NCBI GenBank assembly: GCA_025201805.1
Contig: MU619347.1
Coordinates: 20,677-66,191, forward strand
From: Parasitella parasitica NRRL 2501
Taxonomy: Eukaryota; Fungi; Mucoromycota
Length of the DNA: 45,515 nucleotides
Reading direction: 5' to 3'
Both the position numbers and the translations under genes were made by a program. Under the pieces are notes generated by a model. The model did no database searches and had not been told where the DNA came from. It was given only the letters and a program-made list of their open reading frames with translations. Of the stretch, positions 25,001-38,762 are shown in pieces; positions within the stretch are counted from its first letter, which is position 1, and each line of letters begins with the position of its first letter.

Positions 25001-25915
25001 CACATCTGACGGATTGTTGCTGATGACTTTTGAAAAGCAGTGAATAGCCTGACGGGTTGCGTTGCATTCACTAAATCATGATGGCTCCTCAATTAGCGGC
25101 AATACCTAGAAACTGGCAATGCTTAGACTTACATTGACTTTTGCGCCAGTTCTTTCCACAGATCATTGTCGTTGGACAATAGGGCAGCTGTCATGCGGAA
25201 TTGGAGTGATTTCTCGGTGTTTCCCAATTCTTCATGCACAAGGCCCAATGTGTTCCAGGCTGGATAAGCCTGTGGGTTCTCTTCAATCACTTTTTGGAGA
25301 ATATCAAGCGCACTGCCGTATTCTCTTTGCACATACAATCCATTGGCTTGGCCCATAATGCGTTTCACTTGGTCGCTAAGCCGATATTCGCCTGCTGTAA
25401 TGCGTTTTTTGATCGATCCTTTGACACGGCTCAAACCAATACCAGAGGTCAATGCTAGGTTGTTGTCAAACTCTTCCATCTCCCTTTGAAATTCATCTAA
25501 ATCGCCTGTTTTCAACTTGCCACGCTGTTCAGTTGTTTTGTTGAGAAGCTCTCTAAAGGATATCATTAGCCTGCCCATTGTTCTTTTGGGCATACAAAGC
25601 TTACGTTAATTCATCGTCATTTTCCAATGTCCCATCTTGCTCATCTTTTTCCATCCACCTGTCAAGCGAGTCAGCATCATCGTCATCATCGTCATCATCG
25701 TCATCGTTTATAATATCGTCTTCATCAGCATCGCCGTAATGCTCGTATGCCTCCTCCTCTAGCTTCACTTTGCTGTCCTCTTCAAGACCCAAGACATTGC
25801 GTATACCAGGCACAATTTCAGCTGTCTCTTCCAGCGTTTGATTCGTTTTTGACTCTTTCTCTTTCTCTTTCTCTTTGCCTTTGCCTTTGCTTCTAGTTTG
25901 TCGCATTTGAGACAT
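22036..25915 (-). CDS. TFC4: RNA polymerase III transcription factor TFIIIC TPR subunit (Tfc4/Sfc4/GTF3C3)
   Basis: Acidic N-terminus, TPR array (GQANGLYV..AWNTLGLVHEELG), FPIELRVRMG, and C-terminal EAEYNIGRAFHLLGLTHLAVPHYEKAL..EAAYNLHLIY; multi-exon. Confidence 0.92.
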
Positions 25916-26192
25916 TTGGGTGATTGTAAACAAAGCAAGAAAATAAAAAAAATAAAAAAGAACTCATACCGTCACGCTCATAAATTGCAAGCGGCTTGCA
26001 TTGCTAAATGAATGCCCTACTCATATGGTACAGGTACCGTATAGGGGACCAATGAAAAAAAAAAAAAAAAAAAAAAAACTCTCACCAGTTATTTACGTTC
26101 TTCCAGTTGGACATGTCTTGTTCTAATGATGATGATGACGATTGATGGAAGAAATGGAAAGAGATGGAAAAAAGTTTAAATAAGTGATGGCT

Positions 26193-28981
26193 TTATAAAG
26201 TGACATTCTTGTAGTTAACAAGAGCAACGCCTTGACCACGGATCAAGACAGTTGCGCTTTCAGGTAAGCTATCGCGGAAAGCAGTAAATGCGGGGATTTC
26301 CAAGCGTGTCCATTCATCATAGAAGCAGCTGAAAGTAGCCTTGGGAGATCTATCCTTGGGATACTCGACCTTGATATTGACAGGTTGCTCGTAATTATTA
26401 ATGTAGGTGATGACAGAAGAAATATTGCTGGCTTTATGTTCTCTGCCATTGACCCAGACGTGTTGAATACTTTGGTAGTCGTTTTGAGCTGGATCGAAAA
26501 GAACACGGCACATTAAACTGTTCTTTGAAGCATATGTAGTAGACGAAACACAGGTAGTTTCTGAACAAGTCGTCTCAACTTGGGACAACACGAATTCGGC
26601 CAAAGTCTCATTGCTGCCATATTTGGGCAGCAAATCAGTTTGATAGCTACAGCGAGTCAAATACTGCTTAAAGGGGCTGCATTCAATAGTGTTGTATTCG
26701 TGAGCAGGGATGGCAGATTTGATAGTAGCTTGAACAGCTGTAGCGGACGATACAATGGCGGTGGCCAAAGCTTCGCCGGCGTTGTATTCCTGTCTGAAGA
26801 CAAGTTTGTTGGGAGACCATGAGCCATTGAAAGGTTGGAGAGCAGAGCAGATGGTGAATAAAAAGAAGAAAGCGACAAGAGCAGCGAGAGTAACCTTGCG
26901 ATAGTTTCCTGCAATGTGAACCCATGGCACAAAATGCAAAGCGATCAAGATAAGAGGAAAAGCAATGAAAACGTAGACAGCAATTTCAGGGGTGCCATCC
27001 GCAGTGGCATGACGCAGAGCATCCATAGCCAAGAACTCAATTTCGAGTAAAAAGATGAAAGGGACGACAGACTGAGACAAGAAGATCAAGGCCGAACGCA
27101 GCTTTGTGGTGACAGGGACAACAGCATGGATCAACACGGCTAAAGAGTTGAATACCAGGATATAGACAGCGAAATACAAGCTGGCAATGCTCTTGGAACC
27201 TGCAAAGATAGCGACGATAACAAAGAACCACCAGAATGAAAGCAAGCCGTACCAAGAGGCATCAGTAGTGGCAAGAGTTTGCTTGAGCTTGCTGGAAAGG
27301 ACCAGTTGGGAGAATTGGAGGCCCAAGAACGCAGCTGAGAATGTGTAGATAGCTGCGCCATAGACATCGCCGTAGGTCATGGAAGGGTTGATCTTGCACA
27401 TGGCAAACACAGCAACGCCGACAAACAATAAAGCAAAAAACAAAGCCAAAAAGACAGCAGCAGTACCTTTTGCGATTAAACGAACCTTTTCTTTGATGAG
27501 AGACGCAGCAGTTTGTTGGGAGGGCACATTCTTCAAAGCCAAAAAAAGACCAACGCCAGGCACAGCGAAAAGAGCAATCCAATTGATGATTTGGTAGGTA
27601 GTGAAGCTATACACAAACATCCAGCGACCCAAGATATCAAAGTAGATAAAGAGCTCTTCTCCCTTGTCTGTGTTGACCATATCATCGCTGTTGGCAATGG
27701 CTTTGGCAGCGGCTAATGCCATTTGGCCCATATACTGAAGAGCGTCCGGTGTGGTGTAAGCGAGATTATCGCGAGGGGTGTGGTAATGAGACCGAGGAGC
27801 ATAGAAAGCAATATCCAAGCCAGGAACACCGTCCTTGAGGAAAACTGAATAGTCCGTATCACTAATACAGACTCTTTAGTTTTGATCCCAACATACTAGT
27901 TGTGTATCATATTATTACCTCTTGATGAGTTGCGCCTTAAACATGTCGTTGCCAAGCGGAGAGCCATGCAATAATTTGGCACTTGAACCGGCAAGTTTCT
28001 TGACAGCGTCTAAATTGGAAGTTCTAAACATCATGGCTCTTCCACCAGCACCAGCGCCCTCTATATAACACCATTCGTTTTTTTTTTTCGGTTAGACTCG
28101 GTATAAAGTATCCCAGCATGCGAGAGAAATACGTTACCTAGGTTGATGAATAATTTGACAGCGGCATACCATGGGTGATGGATGAACGTCTTGCAGCCAA
28201 GCAATCCGCCTTCCTCAAAATTATTGAACAGAAAGATGATAGTGTTGCGAGGAGGATGTTCAACAAAGTAGCGCATCACTTCAAGCGTTGTAACCACACC
28301 CATGCCGTTATCAGTGACACCATTACTTGTAGGCACACTATCTAAATTCACAGTGTGAATTTCTCACGTCTTTTTTTTTTTGTGCGACCCCCCCCGAGGC
28401 TTCACCTACCATAATGTGCATTCAACAAAAGAGCTTCGTCTTTACCCGAGGTGCCATTTAAGCGAACAATGACATTACGAGAGTGGACAAACCAATGCTC
28501 GTCTACGTATGAGCAATGCATCAGTGTTTGCAAATGGTGAGTGTGTGTCCATTCGGGCATTCAACTTACTCTCAGTGAACCAATCTTGGGGGATGATAGC
28601 CTCCGAAGTATCATTGCCAATGACATCCATTTCCAATCCACGAGCAGTGGCCTCCTTTTGCATATCAGTTGCAACTGATGCAATCCAGTCCCTCATCAAC
28701 CCATTCTCGCGGGTATTAGCAGAGTGAGGCGCATTAAAACGAGTCAAATATTCATTGTAGGCATGGATACCTGAGAAATCGTCCAGTTCTCTTGCTTGCG
28801 TGTCAGATAAAGGCGTTGGTAAGACGGTCCTGTAAAAATGAACGAATGCAGCAAAGAGGAACAAAAAACCAAGCGACATGCCGTAGACATGGTAGGATTT
28901 CCTGCCGTTTTTTGCTGTTAGCGGCTCTTGTAAATGGCTTGGTCGGATTAAAGGAGTATCCTCATTGCTGTCACCACTCAT
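26193..28981 (-). CDS. M28 membrane metallopeptidase (ERMP1/Pff1-like)
   Basis: N-terminal TM, LLLNAHY|DSVP..GVTDNGMG, NNFEEGGLLG, INL|EGAGAGG, DTDYSVF, GLDIAFY..YHTPRD, then multiple TM helices. Confidence 0.92.
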
Positions 28982-29917
28982 TTTGCTTTGACAGGAAGAC
29001 TTTGGGAAAATAAAGCAAAAAGCAAACAAAAACAAAGACCTATTTATATGTGCTCTGGAAAAACCATATTTCCCTGAAATGCAACATATACTTACGGCCA
29101 ATTTTTTATTTTTTTGGTGTTCCGCATATTTTTTGATTATCAGATCAGATCAAACTGTGTGGTACTCATTACCTGTTTTTTCGACATCTTTGTTTTTTAG
29201 CAACTTGCTCGAGTAAATGATACACGTTATCTTTTTGTTTTGTTTTGCATATCCTGCATTAATCTGATTTTTAAATTTCATGGCGTCAAATTATGTCAAT
29301 GCATCCAATGTAGATCCCCAACTATATTTTTGCCAGGAAGGGCTATGAGCTAAGCATGATATATTATTCAGTTATAGCAAAAATACGTTTATTAATTCTT
29401 TCATGTGAATGAAGATAAAAGACTGAGCATTCCTATTTCATTGTGGCCACATCCTCTTTGATAATCATTATGCGTGTTCCGTTTATCAATTTCAGTTGTC
29501 TTTTGAGGATTTTATATACCGTTACAGCATGAGAATACAGAGCAAGAGTATATAGCAAAAGCCTAGCAGAAAAAGAGGGCTAGTTGCTTACTCTTAATTT
29601 GGAATTCAAAATTGGTAGATTCACAAAATAGGTTGACATCCAGTACATTGTTTGTAATGAAACAAAGCAATGTTGATGATTCATCCTAATCCACCCTGAT
29701 TTATTTTATTTAACTTTGTCATAGACGACGATATCTTCAAGGAACATTTAGGGCACGCTCTTTATCGAACTGTTTGAACCTTACAAGGTGCTTTCTCAAG
29801 ATTGTTGCAACAGACACCACAGTGACCATTTTTCCTTCAGGACACTGCAGATACACCACCCAGAAGAACGAAATCCGTAGTCTGAAGGAATCCCTTTGAA
29901 CAAAACCAACTATTCAA

Positions 29918-30982
29918 ATGCAAGCATTCGCTACAGGTTTCAAGAGAGTCGTGGTTAAACCTGCCAATATTCAACGCTTTAATGCAAGTCATTGCACATC
30001 TGCAGTGTTGATTTGATCCTAATCTTGTTTAATTCTAGTTTCAACGTAATGTCACAACTACTCGTTATGTCAAATTGGGCAAAAAGGAGAGTACTATGCC
30101 TAGTGCTCAAGCTAAATCCGGGCCCAAGGCAGTTGAAATGAGTAGCAAGAATGCGTCTACTGAATTTAAGGCTGTAGCAGCAACACCAGCAGCACCAGCA
30201 CCAGCACCAGCACCAGCACCAGCACCAGCACCAGCATCAACTTCGGCATCAGCAACAACTCTTCCGCAGCATTTTCCCACTACAGATCAATTTGATACAT
30301 CATTGTCGCCCATGATAGAGCAGCAGGAAGAGCCCAAAGAGGTAGGCCAAAACTGGTCCTCCTCTTTCTACGGCCTTTCTACAGAGAAATTTCCCAAAGA
30401 TGCTACGGACATCTTGCTCGAACCTGTTAACTCTGAAGACATCGAAATCAAACCAGGTACATATCGGAGACATGCGCTGATCAACATTGCCACTCACTGA
30501 TATGCTTCCCTAGACGGTCTACTCTATCTTCCTGAAATCAAATACAGACGCATATTGAACAGGGCATTTGGGCCTGGCGGGTGGGGATTAGCACCACGCG
30601 GGGAACACACTATTTCCACCAGGAACATTTCACGTGAATATGCGTTGATCTGTAGTGGACGTTTTGTATCACAAGCCAGAGGAGAGCAGGATTATTTCGA
30701 CGTTTCTGGACTACCCACTGCGTCTGAGGGGTGCAAGAGCAATGCTTTGATGCGATGCTGCAAAGATCTTGGTATCGCATCAGAATTGTGGGATCCTGTG
30801 TTCATTCGCAAGTTTAAAAGGAAGCACTGCGTTGAGGTCTGGGCAGAGCATGTAACGACCAAAAAGAAAAAGAAGTTGTGGCGAAAGAAGGACGATGTTT
30901 TGGGTAGGCTAGGTCGTCGTTGACACTTGATGGATTCTAATATGGCTTTGTGTTTGTAGATTACCCTTATAAAGAGACTTAA
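29918..30982 (+). CDS. MGM101: Mitochondrial genome maintenance protein Mgm101 (Rad52-like)
   Basis: Exons 29918-29983, 30039-~30456, ~30513-30903 and 30960-30982; presequence-like N-terminus; [14 protein letters not shown]|[50 protein letters not shown]. Confidence 0.95.
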
Positions 30983-31047
30983 CAATGAACAGAATTAAAT
31001 GCACGTGAGTATGCGTATGATAATGCATGTGCCATGCTTCAGCAGTG

Positions 31048-31055
31048 TATAAATA
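31048..31055 (+). promoter_or_regulatory. TATA box followed by a pyrimidine-rich tract upstream of the small ORF
   Basis: TATAAATA about 80 bp upstream of the ATG at 31137, with a CT-rich tract at about 31065-31117. Confidence 0.4.
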
Positions 31056-31136
31056 CATGGCAACCTCTTTTTTCCTTCTTCTTCTTCTTTTTCTCTTCCT
31101 TTTTCACCTCTTTTTCACATACATACACACAATAAA

Positions 31137-31274
31137 ATGGTGCTTCATTCGATCATACTGTTTCTAGTGTTTCTCAAGTTTGTTACAACCATCATTAAAG
31201 ATGACCAAGATCCGCAACATGAGAAAGCTATCTACTATGACCCAACCAATGCTGATGCCACTGCTTTGACATGA
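31137..31274 (+). CDS. Candidate 45-aa secreted or membrane micropeptide
   Basis: MVLHSIILFLVFLKFVTTIIKDDQDPQHEKAIYYDPTNADATALT*; AAAATGG start context, upstream TATA and CT tract. Confidence 0.45.
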   Translation: MVLHSIILFLVFLKFVTTIIKDDQDPQHEKAIYYDPTNADATALT

Positions 31275-32757
31275 TATGATTGCCTGCTGAGCAATTTGCT
31301 GCTACTGTAAATAATGTAATTACACATCCATCCGTCAATGAGCAACAGCCATAAAGTATACCACCGCCAACCGCCCCTCCCTCCCCTTTTTTTTTTATTT
31401 TTTTCATTATACAATTAGCTAGGGATATTGTAACGATTTACAACAAAATGTTGTCAAAGACTGGCTTGCTGCAGTTTTTTCAATCTTCTTTTGGATACAT
31501 ATATAATAAACATTGCAAGGCATATTTGATGTTTTGCTGTATATATCGCCTGTTTCCTTTTGCCCCCCCCCCCTATTTTTTTTTTTTTTTTTTTTAATAT
31601 ATATAATCACATGTCAGTGTTGGCTATTTCTTTCAAATTTGAACAATGCAAGTTGAGGTACGGTTGCATGTAGCCACAAACATAAAGTGCCGTATCACAT
31701 ATGATCATCACGTTACAACAGCAAGCCGTATAGATGATGCTGAATCGTTGAATGACATTGCGACGACCATATGAAATAAACGATTTCAAGTAATTACGGA
31801 AACATGTAACATCTGCCATCGTCAATGTACTAATTAATAAAGAAATGCACGCAAGCTGTTGCTTGGCCACTATCCTTGGAACAGGAGAGTAGTAAAAAAA
31901 AAAAAAAAAAAGTGCTTCCTTTTTTTTTTTTTACATAAATCCTGCATGTTGTAAAGTGCACGGTATCTTGTTTGTTCTGATTGTCTCCTGTATAATTTTC
32001 AACTTCAAAGCACAAGCCAAGCAATACCAAATAAAAGTATCAATGACGACAGCCGTAATATATATATATATACATAGTAGGTATTTCTCACAATTTCAGG
32101 AAGCATCGGGATATTCAGTATATGCCATTGCTGATTGCTTTAGTTTGGATGTATGTACATACAGTACAATATTGATAATGCGCCTTTCGAAGCAAAAACA
32201 TGTATAGTTAAAAGCAAACTATTATTCAGCCTCGTCATGACTTAGTTCTCTTTCGTCTGATCGCTATATACTAATGCTCGACAGAATCCATGATTATCCA
32301 AGTCTCTGTACAGGTAGTCATTTTAATAGAAGCTTGATATAATCAGTACGGTTTATGGGGTACATATTAATGCAGGATCCCGAGTTGTGAAGACTGTGTG
32401 AACATGGATGCCAGCATGCATCTTTGCTACGTATGCAAACAATTTTACTATCATTACCGTGAAAAACCTTACGAAATAAAAGGTGTACAATATCGACTGT
32501 ATCCACAATCGAATGAACCTACAGCAGCAGTATACGAAAAGGTCATCTTTTTTTTTTTTTTTGGTAATGGTATGGCCTTCAAACTACTTATGAGCCTTCA
32601 AGTACATACTACGATCAACTCGCATGTTTGCTGGACTCTGATTTTATACCACTCATGTTGCAAAAGCAACTACCTCAGTGTACTGGACATGGCGTTTGAT
32701 TGTAAACATACAAACGTCCTCACAAGGGAAATAGCGTTTAATATCACCTCTATTTAT

Positions 32758-34321
32758 TTATTTTGTCAATATCTCACAGCCGCTTTCAGTAACAAGCAAG
32801 GTATGTTCGAATTGTGCGGAACGCTTGCCATCAGTGGTAACGGCAGTCCAGTTGTCAGGCCTATTTTATGTCTCCCGTTACTTTTGTGCTACAAACGTGT
32901 CAATTTCATAACTGGTGCTTACCAGATCTCATCTCTCCAACCACCTTCACAAATCATAGGTTCAATGGTGAAACAGTGGCCAGCTTTAACGATGCCAATG
33001 GCCTTGTTGTCTAATAAAAGTGTCAGTATACACCTACTGCAAAGATCGTCCGCTTACTATTATAATGAGGAACATTGGGAGCACAATGGAAAAGCTGGTT
33101 GATACCATGTCCACTAAATGTGCGGACAACCGAGAATCCGTTCTTCTTGGCGTGTTCTTCAATGACCTTGCCAAAATCACGGTATTTGATGCCCGGCTTC
33201 ACCATTGCAATGGATTTCTCTAAACATTCTCTAGCAGTGTCGATTAGTTTTTTGCCCTTGGCATCGACGTTGCCAACGCAGTAGGTGGCATTCATATCTC
33301 CATGGAAACCCTTGTAGTAACAAGTGACATCCAGGTTGACAATATCACCATCTTTCAGAGGACGCTTATCAGGGATACCATGGCAAATGACTTCGTTGAC
33401 AGATCTAGACGCTATATTGTTATTACACATCGTTTGCCAAGGACTGTTGTAATGTAGCGGGCTTACGTGCATACAGACTTGGGAAACTTGTAATAGTTCA
33501 ATGGAGATGGATAAGCACCACGTTCAATAGTAGCGTTGTGGATAATTTCGTCTGTTCATAAAGTAGTTCAGTCGCATATATCGCTAAACCCCCAAATTTC
33601 AAGCGACTCACCAATTTCATCAGTGGTAATTCCAGGGCGAATAGCGGCCGCACCAATGTCTAATACTTGACGAGAAATCTAAAGAGCCATGCAGAGATAA
33701 ACATCGTTTAATGTTGCTGTTGATAGCAGATGCACTGGAATTATACCTTGCAAACTTCACGCATCCCTATAATTTCTTCTTCATTCAGAACTTTGATGGT
33801 GGAACTCAAGCGAACATTTTGCTCGGATACAGGAATGCTGGTCTCGGCATAATCGGCTATGCCAGGGATACAAAAGATGAGTATTCATTGCCCCATTTCT
33901 TCAGCCCAGCCATCACTTACGACGCATAATCTCTTTAGGGACCTCTCGTCTGGGAGAGAGAGGGTAAACGGCTTGAAGATCTCCAGTATAACGATAATTG
34001 GTGAAGGGATTATGAGGTTCGCCTACAAGATGAAAATCTTTACCAGTAAGAACACAAAGTGCCAGCAGCATTACCAGATACACATACTCTCAATCTTTGC
34101 CGTGTGGACCAGCTTATGTTGGCTCTAATGGAATATAGTGCATAAGCAGCTCTGTACATTAAATGCTATATATGTATGTAAATTTTTACCCAGTTCTTTT
34201 TAAAGCAATCCTGAGAGCAAAAATAAGATCCTTCAATCTTTAGTTTGATACAAGTCGGACATTGCAAAGTGGCAGTTTTACCACAACCTTCAGAAAGACA
34301 AATATGATCACTGGCAGCCAT
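32758..34321 (-). CDS. MAP1: Methionine aminopeptidase 1
   Basis: N-terminal zinc finger ([23 protein letters not shown]), [49 protein letters not shown]; multi-exon. Confidence 0.96.
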
Positions 34322-34952
34322 TCCCCTTATGTTCAATTGCTTATACTTGGAAGAGAATCACAAACACTATGAATGCTGCAGGTTTTTTTTTTTGTTGACT
34401 CAACTCTGGGGAACATGCACTGTCTTGGCACAAGTCACGGATGTTGGCTCTCCACTGCTAATGAAATGGATGCAGAGCATCATAGCTGCTGCAAACAAGT
34501 TTCATGTAAGCAAGTAACATTTTCATTCTACAAATGTTCTTCTCAAATGTCCTTACATTCCTCAAGATTAAGGTAGAATTTTCAAGGGCTAGCTGATCTT
34601 CATTAATATAAGTTGTGTCTATAGAATAATGCTTATCGTTGTTTTGATTACGTTGCCATGGCAAGCATTCCCTGATCGAATCCAACGGTTCAATGCTGGT
34701 AATTCTAAGATAGATAAAATTAATTATGAAATGTCTTGTAGAGGGAATTATTACTGCTTGTCGTGCCTAAACTAATCCCAGTTGACGCTTTGACCTCTAA
34801 TGTCTTACATGCTCCTTGAGCCATATCACTTCTTTTCCCCATTTCATATAACAGCAACATTTCGCTGTACGTTTCCGAGGGTCATCTACCGTATTAATTC
34901 AATTTGATTTCTTTGATCCGCATTTATAAACCTGCTTTTCGGCTATCTTCAT

Positions 34953-35025
<73 letters not shown>

Positions 35026-35365
35026 CTCAATGTAAGTGCGTTTTCTCAGTAATCGTCCGTCTCTAATGCATATCCACATTTTTAGTACAAACCACGATAT
35101 CATAACTTATGACGGCCAGTTTTCAATCAGTTCACCAGCTGTAAACTGCTAGGACTTTTACAATGGCCATGCAATAACATTTGAAATGGTACTAAATGGG
35201 TGATTTAATCTTTATAATTAATAGCGAACGATTGTAAAAATAAAATAAAATAAAAGCAACAGATGGAAAAGGGAATGACTCGAAATAAATAAATAGCATT
35301 ACGATAATGTACAGGAAGCATACATATACAGAGAGAAAAAGAAGGGTGAAAGTGTGGAAGTGTGG

Positions 35366-35402
<37 letters not shown>

Positions 35403-35410
35403 GATCAAAT

Positions 35411-38400
35411 CTAAAATATTATTCTAGCTCGATTGTTTTTTATCATGCTGGTTTTACGACGGTAAGGGTTATCAACCAAGTTCAACTCAAAGATGACCTC
35501 AGATCCCGCAAGTCGATCATCCATGACACCATGGATTCGGTCAGTACTGTCAGGACGAAGACAGCGGATATTGTTTCCTGGTATTACTTGCAGTAAATCA
35601 CCCTATAGTAGAGTCTTATTAGCCAACTGCTACAAATATGCCACAGCTCCGGTCTACTACTTACTGTATCCATATGACGAACTTCGATAAAGTTTGTGTT
35701 GAATGCCACAACGTAGGGAAACCTGAATACAAACGCAGTAGGGTTGCCTTCCCAAGAGATGGACCAGTCCTTACGAACACGTTTGCCCTTTTTATCGATA
35801 TAAAAAGCCAATTCTACAACAAAACGTATGTTTTAGAGTAACTCACAGCATGATTTGTTAACAAATCATCTTACCACTGTAGCAAAGCAGAATATTGCCA
35901 TCCTTGTGTCTAAACATTGAGATTGGCTTCATATTCTCATGCAGGCCAAGTACGGAATTATTGCTGGAATCACTAGGATCCAGAACGCCTGTAATGCACA
36001 AGACGAGGGTCAATCGATTTACTGCATCCAGTTTTGAAAAAAAAAAAAAAAAAAAAAAAATGCTGCACCTACTTTGTACTTCTGCAGAGCTCAGATTCAC
36101 CATTTGAAAGCCTCTTGCACTCCCCACGCAGATGATGTTTTTGAAAAATTGAATCGAGGAAGCCTCTCCGGGAATATAGAGGTCCTTGTACACCTTGAGC
36201 GCTTCGTTGTTGCCACGAATCAACCGACCCAGATTCTTGTTCTTTTTCTTGCTGGATTCCTTGGTGGTTTCGTACGGCTCGAGAGCGCGGATGGTAGAGG
36301 TCATGGCATTGAAGCGGACAAAACAGACCAAGGTCTTTTCAACACCTTCCACAGTAATTACTTGTTGGTCTGGGCTGCCCGAAGCAGCAGATGCTTGGAT
36401 CGATTTATCCCAGATTTTGCCTACCTTGAAAAAGGAGACATGGCTAGAGATCTTTCGTCCGCGTTTCATGCCTGACTCGGTCGATAGCAGCGTGTCTAGT
36501 GAATAGGTGTATAGGATTTTGTCTGCCAACACCAGGATCAAATTGCATTGTTCGAGAATGTCAATCTGTGATACTTTATCCATTGCCAAGATTCTGATTA
36601 ATTCATCTCCACTACCTTCCTTTTTGAGGTATACGCCTTGATCTCCGCCCAAAACGAGCGATCTACCATTATCTGCAAAGAAAAAAAAAAAAATAGAAAT
36701 AAATTGTAAGGCTTATATATTGCATAGCGTGTGCATTTACAAAAATACTCACCGAATACAGCAATGCAGTTTACCTTGTTAAACATGCTAAAGAAGCTCT
36801 CGTTGATCGACTGGAAATTAAACACCTTGTGCTTTTCAACCAGGGCGTTTCGTTGGCCTTCGATCTTTTCAGCCCACTGCTTGCGAATTGCTAATGAAGT
36901 CGCATACAGAGTGAAGGGGCCTCCTGAATTTTGCTTTCCCAAATGAACAAATGAAATTGGGAATCCATTTTTAGGTATATTGTTGATATTGGTTGCTGTT
37001 GTGCTGGTATAGTCAGTGTTCAAGCTGGTATCGTTGTTGCTGTTGTTGTTGTTATTGTCGTCGTAAAACAAGGCGTTGTTTGCAATGTTCAGGTCGGCAG
37101 CAGAGACGTTGCTGGGTCTTCCCAATGGAATTATCGTGCTGGCGCGTTTGGTCAAGTCTGGAAATGCGATGGAGAGCAGTGCCAGCGGGATCGGCTTTTT
37201 GACAAGCTTGTACTTTTCTTCGTTTTGCTTGGATTTCATAATGAGCAAACAATGGTCCAGCAGATAGACTAGCACTTCGGAAGACTCGGTCGATCCAGAC
37301 CCCTTTTTCCAGGTACCCTTCATGATGATCTGTCGATTAGAAGCCGTCAAATCCAGATCCTACGCAGCAGATAGTTAGCATTTCTACATTTCTACATTTC
37401 TGCATTTATCAAATGGCCAAAAACGCTGGCTTGCCGACTTACAAAGTTTGAAATGTTCTTGTTGACAATTCTTTCGTTCAACAGCTGCAGATTAAACAGA
37501 TTCTCTGTTTTTCCTGTCTCACGATTGACGTCTGTCAGGAATTTGGCAATGATGGAGATGACTCTTGGGATGGTCTCCTGATCTGGATGGTCTTTGGGCG
37601 TATGCTTCAAGATTTCTCTCAGCAGTAAATTGTATCGGCCCAATCTGGTGGTCGGCTTTGTAAGGTAGCCGTTCAATTCCAGTTTCCTCGACTGCGGCAA
37701 GCGCTCAGTTCTAGCAACAAATTCTGCAAAAGACGGATTGGTGGATTTCTCGGTTTCGAAAGCATATTTGCTGATGATTTGGTGAGACCCATAGCGAACA
37801 AAGGGCTCGAATTTGGCTACATGAGCCAGCATAATGTCGCCAATCTGATCCACCACTTTGGACTTTGCTTGGCGGCTAAGCAGTGCCTTGGATAAATTGC
37901 TGTTTACTTGGAAAACCTCTGTGATGTTCCAGAAAATCTCGCGCACAAACGCTTCCCTGTCCCCGACAATCTGCTGCTGATTTTTAGTGTCTAGTAGAGG
38001 TTGGATCCATTCCTAGACGGTAGAAAAAAAAAAAAAGAAAAAAAAAAAAGAGTGAACACCATAGGTCTTTGTAGTAACGTAGTAGCATTCCGTAGTTACC
38101 TCCTTCAAATAGGTCATGTCGTTGACAAAGTCTTTTTCCGTGTATATCAACTCGTAGATGTTTTCTTGGCGTTTTGTTTCGTCCTTGGACAATGTATCCA
38201 GGAGCGATTTCGGCACCGTGTTGATCCACAATCTCTCCTCCTGCTGGCTGATAAGGTACGAGTTGCTCTTTTCACGACTGTGGCCTCGTTTCGGAGCAGA
38301 AGCAGAGGCGGTGTAGCTGCGCTTGGCTTGCTCTTGACGTCTAGGACAGCGAGATGAGTAGCAAAGCTTCTTTCGTGTGCACGTGGGTGAGTAGCAGTCT

Positions 38401-38706
38401 GTCAGCAAGGTAAACACGCCATTAGGCAACGTGTCTTGGTCGACAGCAGGCTGGTTGATTTTGCAAGCATCTAGGGGATTGATAATGCCACTCTTGGGTC
38501 TCAGGTTCAACTGATCTCGTCTGAACTGGTATAGCTCTTGGGACGAATCACGCAAACGATGTTCATAGTTGACATCATGAAAGAACTTTTGTGAGTCCAA
38601 AGAACGGCCTATCAGCAATGCCAAATTGCGATCATTTGTCTTTATGATGAAGGCAAGTTTGTCCTGTGTAGCCATGCGTCAATGCCATGTATAGATGTAT
38701 AAATAG

Positions 38707-38762
<56 letters not shown>

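Noticed and set aside
29832-29890. 9-bp inverted repeat ttccttcag/ctgaaggaa upstream of MGM101
   Set aside because: Too short to distinguish from chance.
34380-34955. Exon-like minus-strand pieces between the Rho-GEF and MAP1
   Set aside because: No consistent spliced frame or recognisable domain.
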